Source of the DNA: the human T2T-CHM13v2.0 reference genome, Homo sapiens
NCBI RefSeq assembly: GCF_009914755.1
Contig: NC_060932.1
DNA length: 64,000 nucleotides
Reading direction: 5' to 3' (one strand)
The notes beneath the pieces are model-generated. The model was not told the DNA's origin. It saw only the letters and a list, made by a program, of their open reading frames with translations, and did not search any database. Below, one piece after another: positions 1 to 20,725 of the stretch; within the stretch, counting starts at the first letter, position 1; every line of letters begins with the position of its first letter. Position numbers and translations under genes: made by a program.

Positions 1-645
1 GGTCACTCACACATTGCTGATGGGAATGTAAAATGGTGCAGCTACTCTGGGAGCCAGTTTGGAAGTTTCTTTAAAAAACTAAACAGGCAACAACCATTTG
101 ATCCAGCTATCAATTGCACTCTCCTAGACAATTATCCCTGAGAAATGAAAACTTATGTTCATACAAAAGTCTTTGCATGAATGTTTATAGCAGTTTTATT
201 CAAAATAGCTCCAAACTGGAAACATTCCAGATATCTTTCAATGAGTAAACAGTTAAAGAAACAAAACTATTGATACAGGCAACAACCTTTATGAATCTAC
301 AGAGGATGATGCTGAGTTTAAAAAAAAAAAGCCAGTCCCGAAAGGCGACTTATTATATGACTCCATGAAATGCAAAATAAAAGGAATGGAGAACAGATTA
401 AAGATTACCACAGGTTAAGGAAGGAGAATGGAAGGAGGTGGGTGTGGCTACCTAAGGAGGGATCCTTCAATGGTGGAAATGTTCTTGACTATATCAACAT
501 CAATCTCCTGGTTTTAATATTGTACTAGAATTTTACAAGGTGTTATCCTTGGGGAAAACTGGGTAAATTGTACACATAATCTCTCTGTATTCTTACAATT
601 GCACATGAATCCACAATTGCTTGGGAAAGAAGTTTAATTAAAAAA
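1..645 (+). mobile_element. Old L1M-type LINE 3' fragment
   Basis: ACATTGCTGATGGGAATGTAAAATGGTGCAGC..., AATGTTTATAGCAG, CCAAACTGGAAAC and an A-rich end at ~640 resemble the L1M ORF2 end and 3'UTR. Confidence 0.7.
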
Positions 646-1069
646 AAAAAAATCCTTCAGCAGCCTGGGCCATTGAATTCTGACCTCCTTGGTTGCTTTC
701 TAGCTTTCTCCACCTGAGTCCTCTTGCACCACTTCTCATGCCCATAAAAACCACAGGATTATTAAAAGTCACCTAATTCAGACGTTTTTCAAACTTTGCA
801 CAGTTAAGTCCTAAGGATTTTCAAAGGTGCTTGAGGTTCAGGCAGCATAGGGGGCTGGGGAAGAAGGTGCACTGTTATATTCTGTTAATACAGAGCAAGT
901 CCACTCTTGTCTGTGATAAATACTGGGATTCCACTCAGTCAGGCTTTACTGCACTATAACCTTTGAAAGTTGCTCATTCCATAAAATCTGATATTTATTT
1001 TGATTTTAGAACGTCTTTGACATGTTGCTATCCCTGATTTTCCTGATCCCAACCAAGTAATTGTGAAAG

Positions 1070-1255
1070 TTAAATTCAAATCCTGTCACCTTGGGTAAGT
1101 CACATCAGCTTGCTAAGACCCATTTCCTAATGTCTAAAAAGAACATCAGAATCATATGCTCACAATACAGCTGCTCTGAGCTTTAAGTGAGATAAGGTAT
1201 ATAAAGCATTTCACACACTGCCTCCCACAAAGTAGGACTCACTGTGTACTAGCTA
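1070..1255 (+). mobile_element. MIR fragment
   Basis: TTCAAATCCTG...ACCTTGGGTAAGTCAC...TTAAGTGAGATAA...TAAAGCATTT...CACAAAGTAGG, a degraded MIR core. Confidence 0.55.
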
Positions 1256-1687
1256 ATTTCAGAAATACTACCTCTCAGCACCACTTTATTCTACACAACT
1301 CTAGTAGAAATTTCCTTCTTTACATAGGGCCAAAAATCTATTACCTGACAATACTGACGAGTTCAACCTTCCCTAATTTCTTTCGTCCCCTTTTGTATGA
1401 CCCAGTTTTAAATGCTGCTCTCGCATCACTCAGTGTTCTCTGGTTTCCAGCGTTTCTCACAAATCACGATGCCCAAGCCTGAGCACAGTGCTCCCAATGT
1501 TACCATGCCAGTCTACAGGATGCCAGTTCCCTCTCCTTCTGCATCCGCATGCTCTACTGCACTCGTGTAACTCACATGGCACTGTCATTGACAGCCACGC
1601 GCCACTTGCTGATTCATGGCAGGAATGCTCTTCTTGAAAGTCCCTGAGCCTGTTTCCCACATCTCACTGTCAAGACACATCAGCCCA

Positions 1688-1964
1688 CGTCTATAATCCT
1701 AGCACTTTGGGATGCCAATGGGGGGTCGATTACCTGAGGGCAGGAGCTCAAGACCAGCCTGGCCAAGATGGTGAAACCCCATCTCTACTGAAAATACAAA
1801 AAAACTAGCCAGGAGTGTTGGCAGGCAACTGTAATCCCAGCTACTCGGGAGGCTGAGGCAGGAGAATCGCTTGAACCCAGGAGATGGAGGTTGCAAGTGA
1901 GCCGAGATCGCGCCATTGCACTCCAGTCTGGGCAACAAGAGCAAAACTTTGTCTCAAAAAAAAA
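1688..1964 (+). mobile_element. Alu (S-type, slightly 5'-truncated)
   Basis: Alu dimer with A tail; 16-bp TSD AAGACACATCAGCCCA at 1672-1687 and 1963-1978. Confidence 0.95.
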
Positions 1965-3268
1965 GACACATCAGCCCAGTTATTTAAGTTGCTGGGAATT
2001 CTTGGACTATGAGTCTCAGGTGAGGGCCACAGTTGAATGTAGAAAACAAAGTCCACTCCACACACTTACCTCTCCAGCCTCATCTTACATGTCCCCCAGT
2101 CCACCTCACCTCTTAGGAAGCTTGCATTATTTGTTCCTCACACAAATAGGGCTGTTTCTTGACTCCAGGCCCTTACACAATAATGCGCTCTCAGGCAACA
2201 AGAGTCCTCACACCCTCTCTCCTCTCCTCTTGGCTGGTGAATCTCTGCTCATGCATTAAGGTTCAGGTCTGGGATCATGCTTTAAAAAGCCTTCCCTGAG
2301 CCCTAGTCTAGGTTAGGGGTCCCATTTCTGTTCTCCCGTTGTAGGTATTCTTACTGTAGGTATCTTTGAGGGCCCTGATAAATGACATTCCTTTCCCTAA
2401 CAGATACTGAACCCATTGAAAATAAGGCCAAAAATCATCTTTATTACTAATGAAGCTGTTGTTGGAGGCTTTGAGCAAGAAGTTTCACAATTCCAAACTC
2501 CAGAACTTGGCGGGCTCATCCCCAGTCACGGCTGTGATAAGCCAACTCCTCCCAACACGGGCAACTTCCCTGCACCCAGCTTCCTCCAGTTAATTGGAAA
2601 GGAAGGACCTGAGATCCACATGGCAAGTTTCTCCTCCCAAATTCACTGTTAGCTAAATCACTCCCTCTCTCCTGGGTGAAGTGAGTGAAGGGCCCAAGAG
2701 AGGCCAGGTGACTTATCACTTGGAAGAAGTACCTTGCTTGTTTTCCTCTTAGAAAAACTAGTGTAAATTTTCATCTAAAGCTGACTCTTCTCAATGGACT
2801 GTAAGCTACTGAAAGACAGTGTCCATTGTCTATGCAGGCTACACACAGGGAAGTTGCCCAATAAGGGTTTACCGAGCTAAACAGGGCGGGATTCCCTCCC
2901 ACTGAGATTTGTCTCCATACCCTCTGCTCACTGATACAGATCAGGGATTCTCCAGGTGAGCCTACCCCATCCTCAAGGAGAGAAGGCTTGCCACCTAAGA
3001 GATCCCTTCTTGGAAGGGCTTGTGTCCACTTTGAAAAGGGTAACAAAGTAAATAGATATTTATATGTGATGGTGACAGTTAAATTATCTGGTGATAAATA
3101 ATGTGAATCATCATTGTAGGGCAGGCAAATAACGTTGAGGTAGGATTCTACATGCATGACAATTCCAATGGTCATTGAGGTCCTACTCCCTGCTTAATCC
3201 AGTTTGTCAAAAAATAAAGCCACACTGAAATGCAACCTCTGTACATGTGTTCATTGTGTTCTAGATCA

Positions 3269-3762
<494 letters not shown>

Positions 3763-4007
3763 TTAAAAATCACAAACTGATTTCAACATTTAATGACAAT
3801 TCAAACATTTCCTTTGTAATACTCTGCATTAAAGGATGAAAGTATATTGACGACAACACTATCTTGGGCCAAGACCATATCTGAAGTCCATACATATGAA
3901 AGTGTCTAGACCATCTCTCCTTCCAATGCTCAAGATTTCAGATGTCAAGTGTCCCTCTTTTTCATCTGTTTACCATCTTCTAAGTCTCCAGAGGGAAAGT
4001 TAGGAGC

Positions 4008-4421
4008 TGCTGTGGTTTGAATGTATGTGTTTCCTCCAAAATGCATGTGTTAGAACCTAAACTCTAAGGTAACAGTATTAAGAGTTGTTAGTATTAAGTA
4101 ACTAATAGTATCAAGAGGTGGAGACTTTAGGAAGTGATTAAGCCCTGAGGGTAGCACCCTCACAAATGAGATTAGCACCCTTATGAAAAGGTTCAACTAA
4201 CGAGGCCCCTTTTGCCCTTCCATCTCTGCTGCTGTGTGAGGACACAGTGTTCCGGCAACAAGGCTCCATCCTGGAAGCAGAGACCAAGCCCTCACCAGAC
4301 TCCAATGCCAGTGCCTGGTCTTGGACTTCTAGCCTCCAGAGCTGTGAGAAATCAATCTCTCTTCTCCATAAATGACTCCATCTCTGGTATTCTGTAATAG
4401 CAGCATTAATGGACTAAGATA
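4008..4421 (+). mobile_element. MaLR solo LTR (MST/MLT1A-like)
   Basis: TGCTGTGGTTTGAATG...GGACTTCTAGCCTCCAGAGCTGTGAGAAAT...GGACTAAGATA; 5-bp TSD-like GGAGC/GGAAC. Confidence 0.85.
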
Positions 4422-4559
4422 GGAACCAATGTAGGAACATAAGCTCCGGGCCTAGCCTTTGAGGTGCTGAGAGGGAAAAAGGCATGCAGAGGAGGGGCCG
4501 TGGTGCCTGTGGTCAGAGGAAAATAAGTAGACTTTAAGTACTCACTCAGAAATGTGATG

Positions 4560-4930
4560 GTTTCAGGTTTCACATTCAGGTCAATAATTTAGCTTGAGTT
4601 TACTTTTTAAAAAATGAATATCCAATTGCTCCAGCAATATTTGTTAAAAAGATTGTCATGTCTCCACTGAATTGCCTTTGCACTTTGACAAATAATTGCC
4701 ATATCTGTGTGGGTCTGTCTCTGGACTCTCCCTAAGAATAGAGATTTTTAAATCTCTATTGCATTGATTTCTATACTTATTCTTATGCCAATACCTTCCT
4801 GATCAATTGCTGTATCTTTAAAATAAGTCCCTACATCAGGTACTGTAAGTCTCCAACTTTGTTCTTCCTTCCCAAAATTGTTTTGGCTGCTCTAGGTCCT
4901 TTGCATTTCCTTATAAATTTTAGCATCAGG
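4560..4930 (-). mobile_element. Old L1M ORF2 fragment
   Basis: TCTCCAACTTTGTTCTTC...TTGTTTTGGCT...TAGGTCCTTTGCATTTCC...ATAAATTTTAG, an antisense L1 ORF2 signature. Confidence 0.7.
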
Positions 4931-5639
4931 TAGTCATGAGTTCACTCTAACTTTTTCCTAACTTAATATATTTTGTTTCCCAAACCCTGCCTTTCATATA
5001 GCATGTGTGTCATTGATTGCTAAGACTTTAACATGAGTTTCATTGATAGCTAAGGCTTTGGCATGAGGAATATCAAGGAACTTTTGAGTCCATGGTACTA
5101 TGCAAAAGGCTGTGTAAGTACCATATTAATCTTTTTGATAACGTGTATTCAAAATCCAACTAACCTAGCATTTATTATCTCTTCCATGCCAGGTATTTTG
5201 CATGTATGATCTACTTCAACCCTCAGAACAGTCATAAGCAGCTATCATGGTGGCACTGCTTATCAAAGGTGATGCCACAAACCCACCAGCAGTAAGTCTG
5301 TGTCTTGCAAAGCTGGACCCAACAACTCAGGCTAGGGGATTCCGAAGGTGGAAATGAACCTGTACAGAGGCAGTGGACAGCTTTCAGCCATCATCCCCCT
5401 GCTCTTCTGCCTGTCCTCTGGCTGCTGCAGACAGGTTGGCCTTCATCAGGATGGTGCCCGTGACCCTGGCCACACAGGCAGCATATCTCACCTTGTGTCC
5501 CTGAACCTCTCATAATCATAATTATCTAGGAAGCTTCTGGAAAAATAAAATTAAAAAAAAAAAAAACGGATTCCTGGGCCTCAGACCAAATCTATTAAGT
5601 GTGAATTTCTGAGGATGGAATACCCAATCATAATCTAAC

Positions 5640-6010
5640 TCCGGTACTGAAGGGGAAATATTGCTATAAGGGATATTAAGTCAAACTAAAAAACTTAGAT
5701 ACGGACAGTAAATCAGATAAAAGTAAATACAGACTTATTTAGTTGATCATTGTACTGTGGTTACGTAAGAGAACAGTTCTATTCTTAGGAAATACACATT
5801 GTAATATTTAGGGCTAAAAGGTCACCATTAAATGGTTTAGGAAAAAAAAATTCGTGTGGAGGGAAGGAGAGAGAGAAGAGACAGAATGTGCAAATAATAA
5901 TTAAGCAAATGGAGTAAAATATTTTTAAAAGGTGAATCTATGTATAAAGGTTCTTTGTACTGTTTTTGTTTTTTGCAAACTTGAAATTATTTCCAAACAA
6001 TTTTTTAAAT
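5640..6010 (+). mobile_element. Ancient L1M 3'UTR fragment
   Basis: TTGATCATTGTACTGTGGTTACGTAAGAGAA...TTCTTAGGAAATACACA...GGTGAATCTA...GTTCTTTGTACT. Confidence 0.5.
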
Positions 6011-6359
6011 TAATTTCATGTTAATTTTTAACACCCCTTTGCATCAGTCAAGCTCTTCACTCTGAATAAACTCAGAATCCCTGGGAAATGTTCTCCATCC
6101 TAAAGGAATTAAACGGAACCACAAGTTCCTGTGCAATACACTTGTATAAATAGAACAGTGTGAGGTTACTAAGCAACTCAAGGCACCTTGCACTCACTCT
6201 ATTTAAAGGCTAAGTCAGGTTTTCCTTTTTAAAACCTATTTAAATAGAAACCCAACTGTTTTGTGCACTTCGACTCTTTTTTCTTATTTCCAAATCCTCC
6301 AGAATCCTTCCCGAGGGCTGATTTGCAGATACACATCTCATAAAAACCACCAATATTTA

Positions 6360-6730
6360 CTAAGCGACTACTGCGTGTAGGATCGTGCGAGGCCTGGAAA
6401 TACGAGGCCTCTCAACAGTCCGGCGTGCACACTCTGTGAGGAGACCTGCTCGGAGGGCCTGCCCGCCCGCCTGGACAGTCAGGCCTGGAGGACAGGGACA
6501 GGCGTGCAGACACACACACGCACACACACACACCATCGGAGAGTAAACTTGTGCAAGGCTCAGAGGATCAGCACTCTCCTTCATTTACTAGAAAATCCTG
6601 GAAGGGCCTTGGCAGCTCAGGAAGGAGCCCAGCAGAGAGCACCGCAGGGGGGGCCCGGAGAAGCGGCCAAGGACCAGCGCTCCCTGCGCATGCGCCAGGC
6701 TCTGAGCTAACTCCTCCTGCCTGGCCGTCA
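6360..6730. promoter_or_regulatory. CpG-enriched segment with NRF1-type motif (candidate promoter/enhancer)
   Basis: Local cluster of CpGs in non-repeat DNA; TGCGCATGCGC at 6685-6695; (CA)n at ~6510-6533. Confidence 0.4.
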
Positions 6731-7006
6731 CCAGCCCTGTCTTATTGGAACACGTTGTGGGGACCAGGTCTCAAAGCTGATGGGCGGGGGAGCTGGAATT
6801 TCAGCTTCTCTCTATCTGACCTCGACAGTCATGGCTTGGTTTTCTCTTATTTTTATTTTAAGAATTACCCTAAATATGTCACCATGAATATTTAACATAA
6901 AACTCAAAAGTTAAGCAACATTTATTTCCTCCTTCCAAGCAAAGTGAGGACCTTAGAACACAAAGTCAGAACACAATTCTTGAAAACTGATCTATGATTG
7001 TCTGAA

Positions 7007-7608
<602 letters not shown>

Positions 7609-8488
7609 TTTGTTTTTGTTTTATTATACTTTAAGTTCTAGGGTACATGTGCACAACGTGAGGTTTGTTACATATGTATACATGTGCCATGTTGGTGTGC
7701 TGCACCCGTTAACTTGTCATTTACCTTAGGTATATCTCCTAATGCTATCCCTCCCCCCTCCCCCGACCCCACAAGAGGCCCCAGTGTGTGATGTTCCCCA
7801 CCCTGTGTCCAAGTGTTCTCATTGTTCAATTCCCACCTATGAGTGAGAACATGCGATGTTTGGTTTTCTGACCTTGCGATAGTTTGCTGAGAATGATGGT
7901 TTCCAGCTTCATGCATGTCCCTACAAAGGACATGAACTCATCATTTTTTATGGCTGCATGGTATTCCATGGTGTATATGTGCCACATTTTCTTAATCCAG
8001 TCTATCATTGTTGGACATCTGGGTTGGTTCCAAGTCTTTGCTATTGTGAATAGTGCCGCAATAAACATACATGTGCATGTGTCTTTATAGCAGCTTGATT
8101 TATAATCCACTGGGTATGTACCCAGTAATGGGATGGCTGGGTCAAACGGTATTTCTAGTTCTAGATCTTGAAGGAATCACCACACTGTCTTCCACAATGG
8201 TTGAACTAGTTTACAGTCCCACCAACAGTGTAAAAGTGTTCCTATTTCTCCACATCCTCTCCAGCACCTGTTGTTTCCTGACTTTTTAATGATCGCCATT
8301 CTAACTGGTCTGAGATGGTATCTCATTGTGGTTTTGATTTGCATTTCTCTGATGGCCAGTGATGATAAGCATTTTTTCATATGTCTGTTGGCTGCATAAA
8401 TGTCTTCTTTTCAGAAGTGTCTGTTCATATGCTTGGCCTACTTTTTGATGGGGTTGTTTGACTTTTTCTTGTAAATTTGTTTAAGTTC

Positions 8489-8491
<3 letters not shown>
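7609..8491 (-). mobile_element. 3' end (3'UTR + ORF2 C-terminus) of the older L1PA4/5-like element
   Basis: TTATTATACTTTAAGTTCTAGGGTACATGTGCACAACGTG...; ORFs 7826-8110 and 8177-8380 match the L1 ORF2p C-terminus; ends abruptly at ...TTTGTTTAAGTTCTTT. Confidence 0.92.
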
Positions 8492-14549
<6,058 letters not shown>

Positions 14550-15453
14550 AAGGGTTTTTATAATGAGTTTTATCAAATGCTTTTTCAGCATCAACTGAAA
14601 TGATCATATAGTTTTTGTCCTTCATTCTGTTAGTACAATGTATCACACTGATTGATTTGTGTATGTTGAACCATTCCTGCATTTCTGGGATAAATCCCAC
14701 TTGGTCATGATGAATGAACTTATTAATGTGTTGTTGATTCAGTTTGCTGGGATTTTTTTGAGGACTTTTATATCAATTTTCATTAGGGATATTGGCTTGT
14801 AATTCCATTTTTTTGTTTTGCTTTTTTGTTTGTTTTTTGTCATTGTTTTTGTTTTTTGATGTGTCTTTGTCTGGTTTTGTTATCAGGGTAATACTGGCCT
14901 CCGAGAGTGAGTTTAGAAATATTCTCTCCTCCTCTGTTTTTTGGAATAGTTTGCAGAAAATTGGTATTAGTTCTTCTTTAAATGTTTGGTAAAATTTGGC
15001 AATGAAGCCATCAGGTCCCAGGCCTTTCTTTGCTGAGAGACTTTTTATTATGGCTCCAATCTCATTACTTGTTATTGGTCTGTTCAAGTTTTAAATTTCT
15101 TCTTGATTCAGTCTTGAAGATTGTATGTGTCTAGGAGTTTATCCATTTTTCCAGGTTTTCCAATGTATTGGCATATAGTTGCTCATAGTAGTCTCTGATG
15201 ATCCTTTGAATTTCTGTGGCATCCATTGTAATGTCTCATTTTTCATGTCTGATTTCATTTGGGTATTCTCTCTTTTTTTCTTGGTCTGGCTAAAGGTTTG
15301 TCCATTTTATCTTTTCAAAAAAACAACTTTTCATTTTATTCATCTTTTGGGTTTATTTCATTTCAATTTCATTTATTTCTATTCTCGTCTTTACTATTTC
15401 TTTTTTTCCACTAATTTTGGGTTTAATTTGCTCTTGCTTTTCTAATTCTTTAA

Positions 15454-16092
<639 letters not shown>

Positions 16093-16182
16093 TGACATGT
16101 GGTCTGTCATTGAGAATGGTCCATATGCTCAGGAGAAGAATGTGTATTCTGCAGTTATTGGATGAAATGTTCTGTAAATATC

Positions 16183-16268
16183 TATTAGGTCCATCTGGTC
16201 TATAGTGCAGAATAAGAAACAGCATCTGATGTTTTTTCATCTGCACTATAGACCAAATGGACCTAATA
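16183..16268. repeat. 29-bp inverted repeat (1 mismatch) with 28-nt loop
   Basis: TATTAGGTCCATCTGGTCTATAGTGCAGA (16183-16211) and TCTGCACTATAGACCAAATGGACCTAATA (16240-16268). Confidence 0.9.
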
Positions 16269-17523
16269 TTGCATATTAAGAAGCTGATGCTTCTTTGTCA
16301 AATTTCTGTATTTGCAATCTGTCTAATGCTGAAAGTGGGGTGTTGAAGTCTCCAGATATTATTGTACCAGGGTCTATCTCTCTCTTTATCTCTAATAATA
16401 TTTGCCTCCATCTGGTGTCCCCTCTTTCCCCATGCTGTGCTCACAGTGGTGCGAAATGAGCATTCTAGAATGGAATCCAGGCCAGTGATGGGGGGATTGT
16501 CCTTGAGGAAGCCACTGGAGTCACACCTGCCAAGGACAGTATGTGTCCTCTTTGCAGAAAAGAATGTTAAGAGCCTAGTCCAGTGAAACATTTAACATTG
16601 ATGGGTTATATTCCTCTAGCCTGAAATGTACCACTGAGTTGCTTCCCAGAAACCTGGGAACCGATTTTCCTCATTTAAGTGCATTTTGTAAAAGACTTCA
16701 AAAGTTCAGACTAGCATTTTAAAAAACAAAGCCTCCAGCCTGGAGACACGCAGCCCCCGCCCAGCAGGGGCATTCAAGGAGCACCCTTCTTGGGGCCGCC
16801 TGTTTGTGACAGGCTTAGGAAAAGCAGGCAGGGCCTATGGAATCTGCTTCTAGGGCACCAACATCAGCTTCTGACTGTGCTCACAAAGGGACTCAGTCTT
16901 CCAAGGCCCAGGGCAGGTGCAGTCATCTTCAGGGTGAGCTGATATGCTGGACCCATGCCCATTGCAGGGCTCTCCTTCCAGAGCACCTTCCTCCTGGACA
17001 CCCACACATCACTCTCCTAACCCCTGGCTCCCCAACAAGCCACCCCGACAGAGAAACAGAGGAGGTACTTTAGGGGAGCCCAACAGAGCCAAACAGGCAG
17101 ACTCACACTGAAAATCCCATGGGATTTCTTGCCCGAGATGAATACAGCATGTACTGAATGATAATAAGCATCTCTACAGAATAGCGATTTCATCTGACTT
17201 GCTGCCAACATAGGCTTGCTGGAGAAGGGCTGGAGAGCACAATGGCATTCCCTTTAAGTAGGGATTGTTTTGGTGCTTTTCTTACACTGGCAATGGTGTA
17301 CATCCCAATCCAGGCCTCATGCAGAACCCTGACAGAGGCTCCGGTTCCTTCCAGTCCTCCAAGGTCTCTGGGAGGTTGCCCTCTGCGCCACCCCAGAGTC
17401 AGAGGGGCTTCTGGATCCAGCTCTGCTGCCTTGGGATTCTTTGCCGGTGGAACCCTGCTACGTTCAGACACCTCTGCTCCTCCACCTGCTTCAGAGGAAG
17501 GTGGTGCTTGACCAGATCCTGAC

Positions 17524-17942
17524 TGATATGGTTTGAATGTGTGTCCCCCTCAAATCTCACGTTGAAATGTGATCCCCAGTGTTAGAGGTGGGCCCGGTGG
17601 AAGGTGTCTGGGTCGGGGGGACGATGGGTCCCTCAGGAATGGGATGGTGCTGTCCTCTTGGTAATAAGTGAGTTCTTGCTCTATTAGTTACCACGAGGGC
17701 TGATTGTTAAAAGGAGTCTGACACCTCCTCTTCTCTCTCTTGCCATGTGACACACCTGGTCCCTGTTTGCCTTCCACCAAGAGTAAAAGCTTCCTGAGGC
17801 CTCACCAAAAGCCAAGATGATGCTGGTGCCTGCAGAATTTGCCTGTACAGACTGCAGAACTCAGAGTCAAACAAAACTCTTCTCTTTATAAATTACCCAG
17901 CCTCAGATATTACTTGATGGTAACACAAAACAGACTAACCCA
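17524..17942 (+). mobile_element. MaLR solo LTR (MSTB-like)
   Basis: TGATATGGTTTGAATGTGTGTCCCC...AAATTACCCAGCCTCAG...CAGACTAACCCA; flanks CTGAC/CCAAC fit a CpG-decayed CCGAC TSD. Confidence 0.9.
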
Positions 17943-18528
17943 CCAACTGTAAAAGTGTGCAAGGCCTTCCTATTTAACCTCACTGCCCTGCCATTGACTG
18001 TGCACTGCTTTCCACCCATGAGAAGCAAGTGGTTTCCTGTAGGGACCTGTAGATAAAAGACATGGAGAGAGGCTGAAATCTGGTGTCTGGGCCAGAGGGG
18101 AGTTGGCTGCAGCACGCAGTCACAGGGCTGTGGGCCCAACTGAGAGTCCAGAGACTGACATACCTGGGCTTCTTGTAGGGGACTCAGGTATTGTCTTTAA
18201 GTTATTTTCAGTCAAGTTTCCTACTGCTTGCAACCAAAAGTATCTTAAAGGATACACTTTTGTAAGACTTAGAGGACTAGACCTCATCACTCAACACTAA
18301 ATACTCTGCAGGCCAAAGCTGTTATAACAAACCCCAAATTCCGATTCTGTTTACTATAGCCTTACCAATAATGAATTGTACAATAAAAAGTGAGATGAAT
18401 CATAGAATTGAAGTTCTAACCTGAATATTTGGGTTCCCTTCATCTATTTATATGTTCATGGTCTGGTATTTTAATCAACTACTTGGATAAGGACATAAAA
18501 GTTATAGTTATTAAGTACAATGCAGATT

Positions 18529-18841
18529 GGCCAGGTGCAGTGATTCACGCCTGTAACCCCAGTGCTTTGGGAGGCTGTGGAAGGAGGATAGCTTGAGGCC
18601 AGGAGTTTGAGACTAGCCTGGGCAATACAGCAAGACCCTATTTCTACAACAAAATTTTTAAAAATTAGCCAGGCATGGTGGTACACACCTGTCATCCTAG
18701 CTACTCAGAAAGCTGAGGCAGGAGGATTGCATGAGCCCAGGAGTTTGAAACTGTGGTGAGCTATGATTGTGCCACTGCACTCCAGCCTTGGCAGCAGAGC
18801 AAGACCATGTCTCAAAAGAGTAAAACATAAAATAAAATAAA
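18529..18841 (+). mobile_element. AluJ-type
   Basis: GGAGGATAGCTTGAGGCCAGGAGTTTGAG and GAGCCCAGGAG...GAGCTATGATTG are J-subfamily features. Confidence 0.92.
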
Positions 18842-18899
18842 TGGGCAAGTGGCCAAAGCTGAGAGGCATTGACAATAAACTAATCATAGATTAAGGATT

Positions 18900-20150
18900 T
18901 GAAAATATGAACAGAATTTATTTGTATATTATAATAATAATTTTCCATGAGCAAATATAATTTATTCAACAATTGTAAAGGTATCTTAGTATTAGGAAAC
19001 TCATAGATTAATTTGGAGGTCACCTTAGGAGATTACATCGATAAGTCAAATATGAACGTCTACAGAATTATTTCAATAGATGCCACAAGGGCATGGAGAT
19101 AATTCAACATCTATCACTGATGGGGAGAAAACTCAACTCAAAGTAGACCAGGAGCAGCTGTATCTCTCCTTCACATAAATATCTCAGACCGACAGTTGTA
19201 TCTTGCATAAGAGTGAAACACCACGGGCATCACCTTTAAAATTAAGCGCCACAAAAGATGCCCCACTAAGCAGCAATGTCCTGTGAATTCAGACCAATAC
19301 GATAACTAATAAGGAACATTTTAAGTGCTTGTTATTTATGTACAGAGTGTTCCTTAACCTTCACAACTCTATGACATAGGTACTGTCATTTTTCTATTTT
19401 ACAGTCAATGAAGCTGAAGTCTAAACAAATCTGATAATATCGAATTCACAGTATGAGGCAGAGCTTACTGAGCCTAGATCTCTCTGTTACTAACATAAAA
19501 CAGAAGTGAATTGCATTCCTATTGGAAAGGAAATGAAACTGTCATTACTTATAGAATATGTAATTGTATACCCAGAAAAAAAAAGACTAAAAACTGTTAA
19601 AGTTAATAATAATATGGAAAAATGACTAGATACAGGATAACTATTTATATATAATTATAAATAATGTTCCTATATGCTAGCAATAGTGGTTAGAAAATAT
19701 ATTGAAAACTCCTTTCACAACGACAAAAAAATTAAAATACAAGTAGAAATCACTTTAACAAGAATTCATGGAATTTATATGCTGAAACTCCAATAACTTC
19801 AGACACATTGACTAAATGAAGACACATTCAATTTTTTTGGATGGGAAAAGTTGGTACTATAAAAATCTTCCCAAATTAATGTACAGATTAAAATAAATCG
19901 CATCAAAATCTCAATGGAATCTTTTAAGACCTGAAAAAATAATTCAAATCTCATCTAGAAAAAGGAACCGACAAAAAATAAAAATTCTAAAAAGTGTTAA
20001 GGGGAAAAAAGTTATCAGAGATGGGCCTACCAGATCTTACAAGTTATCATAAAACATCAGCAATAAAGCCAGCATGGGCCCAAGGGGAGGCACACGGGAG
20101 CTCTTCTTACTCTTCTTGCTACTTTTCTGCATGTGTGAAATTACATCAAA
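18900..20150 (+). mobile_element. Highly degraded ancient L1 fragments (with MIR-like insert ~19320-19480)
   Basis: ATTGGAAAGGAAATGAAACTGTCATTA...ATGTAATTGTATACCCAGAAAA; AAATGAAGACACATTC...TTGGATGGGAA; ORF2-like remnants. Confidence 0.5.
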
Positions 20151-20211
20151 ATAAGGAATGACATTGTATCAAAGTCAATATGGGTGCCCACAGCACCTGA
20201 GTCTATTACAC

Positions 20212-20725
20212 CAGGGGTCCCCACCCCCGCCTCCACCACGGACCGTGGCCTGTTAGGAACCAGGTTGCACCGCAGGAGGTGAGCAGTGAGTGAGCAAAGC
20301 TTCATCTGTATTTACAAGCACTTCCCATTGCTCACATTACTGCCTGAGCCTCACCTCCTCTCAGCTCAGTGGCAGCATTAGATTCTCACAGGAGCGCAAA
20401 CCCTATTGTGAACTGTATGTGAGGGATGCAGGTTGCATGCTCCTTATGAGAATCTAATGCCTGATGATCTGTCACTATCTCCCATCACCCCCAGATGAGA
20501 CCATCTAGTTTCAGGAAAACAAGCTCAGGGCTCCCACTGATTCTACATTATGGTGAGTTGTGTAATTATTTCATTATGTATTATGAGGTAAAAACAATGG
20601 AAATAAAGTGTACAATAAATGTAATGTGCTTGAATCGTCCCAAACCATCCCCCTCCTGGCCAGTTCATGGAAAAATTGTCTTCCACAAAACCAGTCCCTG
20701 GTGCCAAAAAGGTTGGGGACCGCTG
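20212..20725 (+). mobile_element. MER1A-like hAT-Charlie DNA transposon
   Basis: TIRs CAGGGGTCCCC / GGGGACCGCTG; 8-bp TSD TATTACAC (20204-20211) / TATTACAG (20726-20733); orientation assigned from recalled consensus. Confidence 0.9.

Noticed and set aside
5011-5067. 30-bp tandem duplication (similar ones at ~55572-55625 and ~55976-56015)
   Set aside because: Ordinary two-copy slippage duplications with no further structure
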